Part shown: positions 9,761 to 18,994 of the stretch, piece after piece
Layout of the letters: every line of letters begins with the position of its first letter
How positions within the stretch are numbered: the stretch's first letter is position 1
Source of the DNA: Candidatus Woesebacteria bacterium RIFCSPHIGHO2_02_FULL_42_20
GTDB taxonomy: Bacteria > Patescibacteriota > Microgenomatia > UBA8517
Assembly: GCA_001792535.1 (NCBI GenBank)
Contig: MGGS01000007.1
Coordinates: 44-64,043, forward strand
DNA: 64,000 bases
Reading direction: 5' to 3'
The notes under the pieces: model-generated
Told to the model about the DNA's origin: nothing
The model's database searches: none
Seen by the model: only the letters and a program-made list of their open reading frames with translations
Position numbers and translations under genes: made by a program

Positions 9761-9994
9761 TTATTTCCGGTTCTTCCCGCAAATTTTGCAATCCTCGCCA
9801 TGGGTAGCAAAAAGGTAAACGGCAGACACGCCCACCAAAATATAAACCAGCCTTTCCAATTCCGGGACAGATCCGAGTAGTGCGCTAACCAAATTAAAGT
9901 TAAAAATCCCAACCAAACCCCAGTTGAGCGCACCCACGACGGTCAGTGGAAAACTTACAAGGTGTAGTAGTTCCTTAGTTTTCATTCCTCTCAC
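9761..9994 (-). CDS. DUF378 family small membrane protein
   Basis: 77 aa. VVGALNWGLVGIFNFNLVSALLG matches the DUF378 signature (GALNWGLVG..FNLV). Two TM helices. Confidence 0.7.
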   Translation of the reverse strand: MRGMKTKELLHLVSFPLTVVGALNWGLVGIFNFNLVSALLGSVPELERLVYILVGVSAVYLFATHGEDCKICGKNRK

Positions 9995-10062
9995 CCCCCT
10001 CCGGGCCAGTGGCCATTCCTATTTAATTATTACTTGATAAAGGTGTTAAAATAAAGCAGCGA

Positions 10063-10371
10063 ATGAAAATCGAGATAAAGACCAAGGATCTCGAGATTAC
10101 CGACTTCGTCCAAAAGTTGGTTGACAACAAGCTAAAGCCCAAAATTGACAGGCTGCTTAAAAAGCTTCCTGCCGACAGAAAATCTGCGTTATTGCGACTG
10201 ACCACTAGAAGCCGATGGGGCTATAAGGCTAGCTTGTCGATGAGCCTACCCGGAAAGGTTCGGATTTTCGGCAAAGAAATCCATAAAAATTTAGAGTCAG
10301 CGATAGTGAACCTGCGAGAGGAAGTCGTGCGCCAAATTAGAGAATACAAAGAAAAACGCAGTTCCAGCTAG
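10063..10371 (+). CDS. hpf: Ribosome hibernation-promoting factor / ribosome-associated inhibitor (HPF/RaiA/YfiA family, short form)
   Basis: 102 aa. MKIEIKTKDLEITDFVQKLVDNKLKPKIDRLLKKL resembles the HPF N-terminus (MNIQITG.N.EIT.ALR.YVE.KL.KL.R). Confidence 0.7.
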   Translation: MKIEIKTKDLEITDFVQKLVDNKLKPKIDRLLKKLPADRKSALLRLTTRSRWGYKASLSMSLPGKVRIFGKEIHKNLESAIVNLREEVVRQIREYKEKRSSS

Positions 10372-10541
10372 TTTTCACAATTCAGTTTTTTATACTCATT
10401 ATCAAAAAATCGAGTAATTTTTAACATGAAATTAAACAATCTTACTGCCAAGTAAAAAATAGCCAGCTCCGCTAGCCAGGACAACACACACCCGACACTG
10501 TACAATGCCAAACTACCACAGTGCAATTTTACCAAAAGAGT

Positions 10542-10895
10542 TTAATATCTGCTCCGGCCTCGTCCGCCTCCACCGCGATTGCCGCCGTCGCGCCTGAAAC
10601 CGCCTCTATTGTCGCCTCCTCGAAAACCTCCTCGGTCTTCCCTGTCGGCCATGGGCCGGGCTTCGTTAACGTTAATCGTTCTTCCGTCCATTGAGTAGTT
10701 GTTGAACTTTTCAATTGCAGCCTTGGCTTCCTCTTCAGAACCCATTTCCACAAATCCAAAGCCTTTTGATTTTCCGGTAAACTTGTCGGTTATAACTGTC
10801 ACGGATACGACGTTTCCGGCCTGCGCGAAAAGGTCGCGTAGGGCATCTTCTGTCGTCCCCCAGGACAATCCCCCAACAAATAGTCTAGTTGCCAT
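10542..10895 (-). CDS. RNA-binding protein with RRM domain and Gly/Arg-rich (RGG) tail
   Basis: RNP-2 LFVGGL and RNP-1 KGFGFVEM motifs. C-terminal RGGFRGGDNRGGFRRDGGNRGGGGRG. Confidence 0.85.
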   Translation of the reverse strand: MATRLFVGGLSWGTTEDALRDLFAQAGNVVSVTVITDKFTGKSKGFGFVEMGSEEEAKAAIEKFNNYSMDGRTINVNEARPMADREDRGGFRGGDNRGGFRRDGGNRGGGGRGRSRY

Positions 10896-11035
10896 ACATT
10901 ATCACCTCCTTTATTTAAACTGCCTTTATACAAACCGCTCTCCACTGGCTATTTTGGGAAATAATCCTTGAGAAACCTAAATAAGCTGTAAAAGGAGCTA
11001 ACAAGAAGCAGTATAGCTTATTTTCACCAAAAAAG

Positions 11036-11311
11036 CTACATTGAAGCGGGCTCAAGCATGCCGACGCGGTTGCGCTCGAGGTCCGTAAGCATTACAAACT
11101 TGCCAATACCGGGAATATCCATCGGTTTGCCTAAAATCTTGCCGCCGGCTTTTTTAACCACAGCTATATGCTTTTCCAAATTATCTACCGAAATTATTAA
11201 ATGGGTACTCTTGGAACTTTTGCTTGCGGGATAAAAGCCGCCGTTAATTACGCCGTCTTCTTTTACGATCCCCAAAAGAAAGTAATCGCGTTTAGGTTTG
11301 TAAAACAACAC
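11036..11311 (-). CDS. VOC (glyoxalase/bleomycin-resistance) family protein, single-module / truncated
   Basis: 91 aa. HLIISVDNLEKHIAVVKKAGGKILGKPMDIPGIGKFVMLTDLERNRVGMLEP matches the VOC C-terminal module. An in-frame stop 5 codons upstream of the Met shows the first beta-alpha-beta-beta-beta module is absent. Confidence 0.5.
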   Translation of the reverse strand: MLFYKPKRDYFLLGIVKEDGVINGGFYPASKSSKSTHLIISVDNLEKHIAVVKKAGGKILGKPMDIPGIGKFVMLTDLERNRVGMLEPASM

Positions 11312-11868
11312 GAAAAAGGTGTCTTTAAACTTACTAAGGAAAGGTCTGCGGCTACTGTTTCAGTATTGTCATTCATTAAAGCGAATAAACTAAATCGGAA
11401 AAATTTTCTCGGGTGGTACGACAGGGAAAAAGTTTCAATTCCGGAAATAGGCGAGGTTTATGTTCTCCAACTTGACAAAAAATGAAGCAACTATTAGAAA
11501 GTATTTCGAAAATATCCGCAAGATTTAGTATCAAAAAAATCTTTAACAATTACACTTCCAACTCAAATAATAAGGTTGAGCTTCATTTTCACAGCCCCGT
11601 TAAATTCATCGATAAAAGACCTAAACAAATAAAGGACAAAAACTAGCTCGCAAAGAAGCCATTTCCTTTATCACTCATCTCTTGAAGTTTTGGGGGAATC
11701 GGGCGGCACGAGCAGGCCTTCGCATGGGCCAAATGCCACGCAATTCTATGTTCAAGCGTAGCGTTTTTCGGCATTTTGTTTTTTAAATGCCACTCTTTAT
11801 TAATTTTCATAAAAATATGATCTCATTTTTAGCCACAAAACCATTTTAACAGATGTTAAAATGGTTTA

Positions 11869-12603
11869 ATGCTTAAAAAGTTTTTTCCACTGGCGTTTGT
11901 TCTTGCCTTTAACCTCTGGATATGGAAAATTTTTGCTTTTAACGCTGCTGTCGGCTTGGTAGTCATCGGGGCATCGGTTTCTCTCTGGCTTGAGTTTCAG
12001 GAAAACACTAAATTCCACTTTTACGCCACGGCCGGATTATTTTTTATTCTTCTACTTTTTCAGTGGAAAACAAGCTCTGTTACCTCCCTCACTTATTTAA
12101 CAGAACATGAAAAACTCGGGCAGCAAGTGAGAATGCGAGGCTACCCTCCGCTTGCTTTTAATATTGCCGGTAAAACCGTTTGGTTGCCGGCAGCTAATTG
12201 GCTAGAGAAGCGAAAGGAAACACTCATCTTCTATAAAATTCAGACCAATATTTCAGAAATCATTGACCCAAACCTTTTTTTCTTCGCAAATCACCCCAGA
12301 GAAAGGGTTGGTGTAGTCGAATTTGAAAAGTTTCCCTACATATTCCTGCCAGCGTTCTTGTTAGGTCTGGCTTCGATACAAAAAAAACAGGTCAAAGACC
12401 TGTTTTTGGGCTTTTTACCAATAGCACTGATTGCCTTAATCGGCAACAGTAATCCAGCCGGGCCTTTTGCCTTTTTTCCAGTTTTTGCCGTCCTGGTAAG
12501 CATCGGCCTTGCGCCGTTATTTCTAAAGAAAAAACTGCTCATTGCTTGTGCAATTGTTTTTGTACCAGTCTTTATCCAAGTTGTTTCTTATGCAAAGTAT
12601 TAA
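11869..12603 (+). CDS. Polytopic membrane protein, hypothetical (co-oriented with and overlapping the downstream glycosyltransferase)
   Basis: 244 aa with ~7 hydrophobic segments and no recognisable motif. A 10-bp palindrome lies just upstream. Confidence 0.45.
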   Translation: MLKKFFPLAFVLAFNLWIWKIFAFNAAVGLVVIGASVSLWLEFQENTKFHFYATAGLFFILLLFQWKTSSVTSLTYLTEHEKLGQQVRMRGYPPLAFNIAGKTVWLPAANWLEKRKETLIFYKIQTNISEIIDPNLFFFANHPRERVGVVEFEKFPYIFLPAFLLGLASIQKKQVKDLFLGFLPIALIALIGNSNPAGPFAFFPVFAVLVSIGLAPLFLKKKLLIACAIVFVPVFIQVVSYAKY

Positions 12604-14245
12604 ATTTACTAAAATCGAACCGGTATTACTCTTGGTAATTGTTACACTCGGAGCGTTTCTTTATTTACACAAACTTGGGGAAACTCCTCCTGGGCTTTAT
12701 CTTGACGAAGCCGGGACCGGCTACAATGCTTACTCACTTTTAAAAACAGGTAAAGACGAATACGGAATGGCCTTCCCCGCCGCCATGCGGCTTTTTGGCT
12801 CATACACACCCCCTCTTCATATTTATTTAAGCATCCCTCTAATCACCCTTTTTGGCCTAAAGGTTTTTTCAGTAAGGCTCCTTTCGGCCATCTGTGGAGT
12901 CTTGGCAATTCCAGTTATTTTCCTGATTATTAAAGAGCTTCAAATAACAAAATCGAAATTTACTCCTCTTTTGTCCAGCTTGTTTTTTACAATCACTCCC
13001 TGGGCGGTTTTTTACAGTCGTATGGGCTACGAGCAAAACCTCGCTTTTCTGTTCCTTGCCTTCTCCGCACTTCTCATTGTCAAGTCCCTAAAAAAGCCAA
13101 AATTGCTTGCCCTGGCTATCCCGGTACTATCACTTGCCACTTATGCCGACTATGCCCAGAGATTTTTAGCCCCGATTTTTTTGGCCGGTAGCTTGGTTTT
13201 ATTTTGGAAAAAACTTCTCAACAAAAAATATATCAAATACGCGATAATAGGCGGCGTTGTCGCTTTTTTTATTCAACTTCCAAATTTGACACTACTTAAC
13301 ACAGCCTCGTTTTACACCAAGACCGACCATTTTTATTCCGAAGTAATAAAGGCACAAGCTGAAAAAATTAACCATTTTCTACCCCCTGCCATCGCCGTGC
13401 CGCTGGCATTTGTTCGCGAGTTTACCTCAAAAACGGCAACTTACTACTCTCCCAGATCGCTTTTTTTTCTGCCGGACCCTGACCCCCAACGCTCGACTCC
13501 AGAGCTTTCTGTCTTTTACCCTTGGATGGTAATCCCTTACTTAATCGGGCTATATTTTCTCTGGAAAACCAAAAAGGCTCCGTCGAGTAAACTCATCTTT
13601 TTTCTTCTACTCCTTACCCCGCTCCCCGGAACCTTAACCCATGAACCATTTCATGTTCAAAGAACTTTGGGGCTACTTTTACCAACAACTTTGGTTATCG
13701 CCATCGGCATTGACAAATTAATTAATGCCAAGCGAATCAAATTTTGGCTTCCCGTTGCCCTCTTTTTCCTTGGAACGTCTTTAATTTTACTTTGGCGCTC
13801 TTACTTTGTTCTCCTTCCTCAGGAAAGAGCGGTTATTTGGGGTTACGGGTACCCGCACCTCGCCCAAATAATCAAAGACAATCCCGACAAAGTTTACGTA
13901 ATTGACCAATCAAAAAGACCCAAGCCGCAGGATATCGCCTACATACAGTTAGCATTTTATCTGAATTTGCCTCCGGAAAAACTCCAAGCCTACTACGGCA
14001 ATGAAGTCACGGGCGGTTACTATACTAAAACGGAAGTTACTTTTACACACAAATTTGCCAATATTGAAACAAAACCGATTGACTGGGGCGAAGCCGTCTG
14101 GCGAGATGTTATTTTAGTCGGTGACTTGGTTGCAATCTCCGATCCGGAGGTGAAACTCCACAACCTTACGCAAGTTTTCGAGATCAAAGATCCAAACAAC
14201 CAAATTATCTACCGAGGCTTCCAAACCAATCCAAAACCAAAATAA
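12590..14245 (+). CDS. PMT/ArnT-family (GT39/GT83-like) membrane glycosyltransferase
   Basis: Starting at MQSIKF: multi-TM N-terminal half with PPGLYLDEAGTGYNAYSLLKTGKDEYG, resembling the conserved DE-containing first loop of ArnT/PMT glycosyltransferases. ~550 aa, soluble C-terminal domain. Confidence 0.65.
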   Translation: MQSIKFTKIEPVLLLVIVTLGAFLYLHKLGETPPGLYLDEAGTGYNAYSLLKTGKDEYGMAFPAAMRLFGSYTPPLHIYLSIPLITLFGLKVFSVRLLSAICGVLAIPVIFLIIKELQITKSKFTPLLSSLFFTITPWAVFYSRMGYEQNLAFLFLAFSALLIVKSLKKPKLLALAIPVLSLATYADYAQRFLAPIFLAGSLVLFWKKLLNKKYIKYAIIGGVVAFFIQLPNLTLLNTASFYTKTDHFYSEVIKAQAEKINHFLPPAIAVPLAFVREFTSKTATYYSPRSLFFLPDPDPQRSTPELSVFYPWMVIPYLIGLYFLWKTKKAPSSKLIFFLLLLTPLPGTLTHEPFHVQRTLGLLLPTTLVIAIGIDKLINAKRIKFWLPVALFFLGTSLILLWRSYFVLLPQERAVIWGYGYPHLAQIIKDNPDKVYVIDQSKRPKPQDIAYIQLAFYLNLPPEKLQAYYGNEVTGGYYTKTEVTFTHKFANIETKPIDWGEAVWRDVILVGDLVAISDPEVKLHNLTQVFEIKDPNNQIIYRGFQTNPKPK

Positions 14246-14491
14246 AGCCAAGAAAACAGCCCTTTGATTGACGATAAAAGCGCATAAATCTAAAAACCGC
14301 CCGTTCTTTTTCATCCGCAATCTGACAAGCTTTTTTATTAACGCGACGGGAAACGAACAGTAGCTTTGGCAGTTTCATACCCTAACGTATTTGTCCAAAA
14401 ATTTTCCTAACACCTCATTTACTTCATTCACAACTTCCGGGTAATATCGGTAGTCGTGATTTCCTTTGTTGAATAAAACATCATAAATACT

Positions 14492-14806
14492 CTAAATTTT
14501 TTTAATCAAACCTACTCTCGCGTGACCCGATAGATAAAATTTTTCAAACCTAGTAAAAATCTTATAACCCTGCTTAAGATAAAGGCTTGCCGCTTCATAT
14601 CCTGCCGTCCATGTCCAAAAATATTCCACGCCCGATAGTTGCATTTTATTTTCCAATAACTTTAATAGTTTTTCCCCATAACCTTTTTTTCTGTATTCCT
14701 TTTCAACTAAAAGGTCACTTAAATAAAAATATCTCCCATATTGACTGTTGTTTTTTTGTACTAATCCGCTTGATGCGCCTACAAATTTTCCATCGTCTGT
14801 TGCCAC
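14492..14806 (-). CDS. GNAT family N-acetyltransferase (short; C-terminal core)
   Basis: YRKKGYGEKLLKLLENKMQLSGVEYFWTWT contains the GNAT motif A (R/Q-x-x-G-x-G/A). In-frame upstream extension reads ...FDEHSLEFGNPPDLQERFGFV with a possible GTG start. Total would be <=130 aa. Confidence 0.55.
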   Translation of the reverse strand: MATDDGKFVGASSGLVQKNNSQYGRYFYLSDLLVEKEYRKKGYGEKLLKLLENKMQLSGVEYFWTWTAGYEAASLYLKQGYKIFTRFEKFYLSGHARVGLIKKI

Positions 14807-14900
14807 AAACCCAAAACGCTCTTGTAGATCTGGGGGGTTACCAAACTCTAAACTATGTTCATCAAAAGCAGCCTACTCCCGTTTATACTCCGTGTCAGTT

Positions 14901-15770
14901 ATGCTACGAAATTTAATTGTTATGGCCATGGCACTTGAAGTATACCAAATGACTTCTAAATTCTTCTCAAGCAAATTACGCGCTAAAAGTTGTATAGTTG
15001 GGTTAATGCTGCAAAAGGCCCTGCCTGCCGGCAGGCGGGGATTTGGCTCAATACTTCTAATAGTTATTATTTTGGGTGCTTTTGCGCTTGGGTTTTTCCT
15101 TTTAAAATCAGTTGCCAAATATTCGTCTAGGAACTATGGAAGTCAGCAGGTTTTAAATCCCGATGAACCACCGCTAAAACTAAAGACTATCGGAGTCAAT
15201 TTTGAGGATTTTAAATTTACAAAACAGAAACTGCAATTCGACAGGCTCTTTATGGAGTATGGCTTCGTTATTCCCGCTGGTAATTCAAGTACAGGTCAAG
15301 ACAAACCTAACCCGCAGCCAACTTTTGTTGTACCTCTGGGTACTTCGATTCGTTCAATTGTGGATGGGATAGTGGTTGCCATACCAACTCTTTGGAGTGG
15401 AGACTTCTCTGTTCAGGTAACCCAAGATGGTAAGATGCAAAAATGGATTTATGAAATGGAACACGTAATAAATCCCAAGGTGAAAGTAGGCGAAAAGGTA
15501 ACAGCCGGTCAGGTAGTTGGAGAAGTCAGCGATTTCAACCATGGGGCGCCTGTAGGATTCGGAGCCACGGAGATCGGAATTTTAAAAGGAGGTCAAGCAC
15601 CAGAACATGTTTGTCCGTTTGCTTACCTCGACGACTCTATAAGAGAGGAAACTTTCACAAATTTGGGGAATCTCTTAAAAGCCTGGGAGGAATACATTGG
15701 AGACCAAAAACTTTATGATGAATCCTTAACTATTCCGGGGTGTTTAACACTAAATCCCATAGAAGGTTAA
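14901..15770 (+). CDS. Membrane-anchored protein with degenerate M23/LytM-like (peptidase_M23-like) C-terminal domain
   Basis: Internal start MLRNL chosen to avoid overlap with the divergent GNAT gene. TM (GFGSILLIVIILGAFALGFFLL). C-terminal PLGTSIRSIVDGIVV...EMEHVINPKVKVGEKVTAGQVVGEVS follows the M23 fold pattern but lacks the HxH metal site, so probably non-catalytic. Confidence 0.45.
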   Translation: MLRNLIVMAMALEVYQMTSKFFSSKLRAKSCIVGLMLQKALPAGRRGFGSILLIVIILGAFALGFFLLKSVAKYSSRNYGSQQVLNPDEPPLKLKTIGVNFEDFKFTKQKLQFDRLFMEYGFVIPAGNSSTGQDKPNPQPTFVVPLGTSIRSIVDGIVVAIPTLWSGDFSVQVTQDGKMQKWIYEMEHVINPKVKVGEKVTAGQVVGEVSDFNHGAPVGFGATEIGILKGGQAPEHVCPFAYLDDSIREETFTNLGNLLKAWEEYIGDQKLYDESLTIPGCLTLNPIEG

Positions 15771-15855
15771 AAAGTGTATCAGAACTTACTTTTGACCAAA
15801 GCTTGCCGGGCCTAATGTTTTCGTGAAAGGTGGTGGGGGTAAGCGATACCCGCCA

Positions 15856-16431
15856 TTAGACCCTTAGCGAGCCACGGAACCCCCTGACGCCATAGTAAGA
15901 TTCTGCGCCGTTGTGATACACGAAGACATGGTCGTAGCGACGATCGGCAAAGAGTGCGCCGCCAAGTTTTCTAATGTCAGTTGGTGTTTTCACCCAGCTC
16001 GACGTCTTCGTATCAAAATTTCCAAGTTTCTGCAACTTTCGATATTGTTCTTCCGTTAAAAGTTCAATGCCCATGGCAGCTGCCATATCAATAGCACTAT
16101 TTTGCGGTTTATGTTCTTTCCTTGACTCCAGCGCTTCATGGTCGTAACAAACATTTCTGCGGCCGCGAGGCGTTTCCGCGCAGCAATCATAAAAAAGGTA
16201 TTCGCCCGTTTTTTTATCGAGACCCGCAACATCCGGTTCACCGCCGGTTTCTTCCATTTCCCTAAGTGACCACAGTTCTTCAGCATTAGCTTCCAGCTTT
16301 ACTTGTACTTTCGCCCACTCAAGACCTTTATGGCGGTCCATGTTTTTCTCAAAACGGGCTTTCAACGCTCTAAGTAGTTCTTCACGTTGTTCTGGTGACA
16401 ACTCCTTTTCATTACTCTTAATGTTGTTCAT
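15856..16431 (-). CDS. DUF4256 family protein
   Basis: ELSPEQREELLRALKARFEKNMDRHKGLEWAKVQVKLEANAEELWSLREMEETGGEPDVAGLDKKTGEYLFYDCCAETPRGRRNVCYDHEALESRKEHKPQNSAIDMAAAMGIELLTEEQYRKLQKLGNFDTKTSSWVKTP closely follows the highly conserved DUF4256 sequence as I recall it. Start taken at MNNIKS. Confidence 0.7.
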   Translation of the reverse strand: MNNIKSNEKELSPEQREELLRALKARFEKNMDRHKGLEWAKVQVKLEANAEELWSLREMEETGGEPDVAGLDKKTGEYLFYDCCAETPRGRRNVCYDHEALESRKEHKPQNSAIDMAAAMGIELLTEEQYRKLQKLGNFDTKTSSWVKTPTDIRKLGGALFADRRYDHVFVYHNGAESYYGVRGFRGSLRV

Positions 16432-16550
16432 ACCTTTATAGTCAACAAACCCGAGTTTGCAACTTTTAACGAGGGTTTTTGAATATATAACCATCGCGGC
16501 TTGCTTTGCAAACCGAAGTTAGATGGGTATATATTACCTCTATTGATACT

Positions 16551-17210
16551 CTAAAATAAAGTGTGTCTAGTACCCATTTCCCTAGACGAGCCGTCTTTCA
16601 TTTCCTGGGATCCTTTCCTGAACTGCTCCGGCGACATTTTCATAGCTATATGGATTCTTCCAGTATTGTAATACAAGACAGCCCCGGATATGCCTTCAAT
16701 TAACTCTCCCAACTCCCCGAATCTGTCTGTACTTCCCAGATCTACTTTGAATTGAGAGTAAAAAGACTCCTGGTAAGCGTTTTTCCAGGGAGAGGACTTT
16801 GTACTCATTGAGATTTTGGTTCCCAAGCCTTGGACTGAGTTAGTATACTTTTGGGAATCATACTCTGTTCCCTGATCGAAGTGTAGATAGTCAGGAGGAG
16901 TATTTTTCTTCAGGGCATCCTCCAGGGCCCCCAGGACTAACTCAGAATTGTGGAATCTGGAAACATTAAAGCCAACTATTTCCCGGGTGAATAGATCCAT
17001 AATGGTTGCCAAGTAAATAAACCTCTCTCCAAAATTAAAGTAAGTAAAGTCAGAGACCTAGATTTGATTTCTTCCGGTTGGACCAAGCCCTTTGATCAAA
17101 TTCCGGTATTTGGTTGCTGGTTTACCTTCATCACCTTTCTTCCTGGGCTTTTTGATTCTTCTCTTGTAAGGCTTAATCCCGAACTTCTTCTTTTGAAGGT
17201 TCCATCTGCC
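16551..17210 (-). pseudogene. IS3-family transposase (OrfB, rve integrase core) remnant: 5' truncated and carrying an in-frame stop
   Basis: Reverse strand reads ...KPATKYRNLIKGLGPTGRNQI*VSDFTYFNFGERFIYLATIMDLFTREIVGFNVS...HFDQGTEYDS...SMSTKSSPWKNAYQESFYSQFKVDL...GRIHIAMKMSPEQF. The DDE/rve pattern is clear but a TAG replaces the conserved Trp and orfA is absent. Confidence 0.7.
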
Positions 17211-17691
17211 TTTTTAATTTCCAATAAGTACTCCAGCGGCTCATGAGAGAAAACATTTTAAGTTCTGTTTCGATTCTGGTAACCTTAATCTTCACTCCCT
17301 TTACATTAATAATTGTCATCTCGTCACCTGACGCGTCAAAAATTTCACTCCATACTGACCCATCCTTTACTACCCCTGACTCTCTCCTCTTTTTAACCTG
17401 CCAGTTGCCATAAACTTCAACCAATACTCCCCCAATCTCAAACTTGCCAAAATAAGATTTAAATTTTTCTGACTCTTTGTAAGAAACTTTTTCAACCAAA
17501 AAATCTCCTAGCAATTTATTACACGCCAGTGCAACCGTTTTGTTCCCCAACACATCTACATCGTCCACGTTCATGTCAAACCCTTGAAGAAAGATACTTG
17601 CGGTACCCCGAACAGCATACTGCCTATTTATTAGTTTCGAGGCAATCACTTTAACTACCCCTTCTAATTTATTTCTGGGGATTGAGGCCAT
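17173..17691 (-). CDS. Nucleotidyltransferase-domain protein (pol-beta-like NTase superfamily), hypothetical
   Basis: RGTASIFLQGFDMNVDDVDVL fits the hG[GS]-x(9-13)-[DE]h[DE]h NTase motif. 172 aa. Its 3' end runs into the IS3 remnant, so the C-terminus may be truncated or altered. Confidence 0.4.
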   Translation of the reverse strand: MASIPRNKLEGVVKVIASKLINRQYAVRGTASIFLQGFDMNVDDVDVLGNKTVALACNKLLGDFLVEKVSYKESEKFKSYFGKFEIGGVLVEVYGNWQVKKRRESGVVKDGSVWSEIFDASGDEMTIINVKGVKIKVTRIETELKMFSLMSRWSTYWKLKRQMEPSKEEVRD

Positions 17692-18994
17692 ATTGGCTTA
17701 GAACCTTAGCTATCTCTTTAGGAAGATTTCCGATCGACCCTCTTTTTAAGGCTTCTTTAAAAAGAGTATTCAGTTGTGTATTTATCCCTGTCGGCCCATC
17801 GTTGGTTGCGTCCGCCAAATACCAAGTTTGGGAATATCGCGCTTGCTGTATTGCCACTCCAAAGTATGGGTTATTTATATAGTCGTCTCCCATGTCGACC
17901 CGCGAAGGCGGGGATACAAAATGACCCTCGCTCAAAGCTTTACTGTAGAGCTTATCAAGCGTCTCTTTTGACGAAATAAACTTCAGAAAGTCCCATGCTG
18001 CGCGTTTCGATTGACTTTGTTTCCAAACCCCTTCCACCCAATAGACAGAATACGTTGCCGTCGGCCGCTCAACCAAAACATCGGTCGGAAGTTGAGGGAC
18101 AGGAACAACTTTAAACTTGAGGTCTGGATTAAGATTTTTTATCTGCATCGCCCGCCAAGTAGGGCCAAAATACATAGCAAGCCTTCCTTGAGCAAAGTAT
18201 TCTGTCGAGCGCGGAAGGGTCGTATCCCAAACTCTTTCCTTACTTTGAAAAGTATTAAAATAGGTAAACACATCTCCTGCGTTAGTCCCGACAGGATTCG
18301 ACAGGCGAACTCCGTTTTGAAGCATTAAAGTTGCCACAAATTCCTGCCAGTGGTCAACGTTTTCGGTTTCCCCAAGTGCCACTGCCGACTGCTGGATTCT
18401 ATTTCTGTTATCGCGAACCACAAAACGAGGGACGATGCTTCGGAAGTCGTCCCAAATTTCGGGAACTGCAACACCATTTAGTGTAAATAGATCTTCGTTG
18501 ACAAAAAGAGCCAAATTGTCAAACTCAAGAGGGATTCCAAACATACCGCTTCCACTCGACAGGTCATTGCTTGCCACCTGATAAAAAGTTTTGGTAAAAT
18601 CCTCTGCAGTCATAACACCCCCGGGCATCGGGTCAAGATCTTTTTTGAACATTGGCACCCAGGTATTATGAAATCTAAAAATGTCGGGTCCGTTACCTTT
18701 AGCAAAAGCGTTGGTTAGCCGTTCTCTATAGTCGTCTTCGGGTTTAATTATGTAAGTAATCTTAATATCCGGGTGGTCTTTTGAATACTGCTCAATTAAA
18801 AAGACCGCCAGGCTTTCATCCATTGTACTTCCCCACCAAACCAACTCCTTACCTTCTTGGCCACCCTGATCTCTCCTTCCGGAGAGCGACCTAACAACCA
18901 ACAAAATCAGTAAAACTAGTATCAAGACAACCGGAATCAACAACAACTTTTTAGACAGCTTCGGCATAAGTTCCTTCATGATATCATACAGCAA
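17669..18994 (-). CDS. Extracellular solute-binding protein (ABC transporter SBP family 1, sugar-type), membrane-anchored
   Basis: N-terminal TM anchor. KDHPDIKITYIIKPEDDYRERLTNAFAKGNGPDIFRFHNTW and KRAAWDFLKFISSKE match conserved blocks of family-1 SBPs. No cognate permease genes adjacent. Confidence 0.6.
   Translation of the reverse strand: MLYDIMKELMPKLSKKLLLIPVVLILVLLILLVVRSLSGRRDQGGQEGKELVWWGSTMDESLAVFLIEQYSKDHPDIKITYIIKPEDDYRERLTNAFAKGNGPDIFRFHNTWVPMFKKDLDPMPGGVMTAEDFTKTFYQVASNDLSSGSGMFGIPLEFDNLALFVNEDLFTLNGVAVPEIWDDFRSIVPRFVVRDNRNRIQQSAVALGETENVDHWQEFVATLMLQNGVRLSNPVGTNAGDVFTYFNTFQSKERVWDTTLPRSTEYFAQGRLAMYFGPTWRAMQIKNLNPDLKFKVVPVPQLPTDVLVERPTATYSVYWVEGVWKQSQSKRAAWDFLKFISSKETLDKLYSKALSEGHFVSPPSRVDMGDDYINNPYFGVAIQQARYSQTWYLADATNDGPTGINTQLNTLFKEALKRGSIGNLPKEIAKVLSQYGLNPQK

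Noticed and set aside
11201-11485. 94-aa plus-strand ORF overlapping the VOC gene
   Set aside because: Overlaps the minus-strand VOC-family ORF, which has a recognisable family signature. This ORF has no motif and odd composition, so it is likely spurious.
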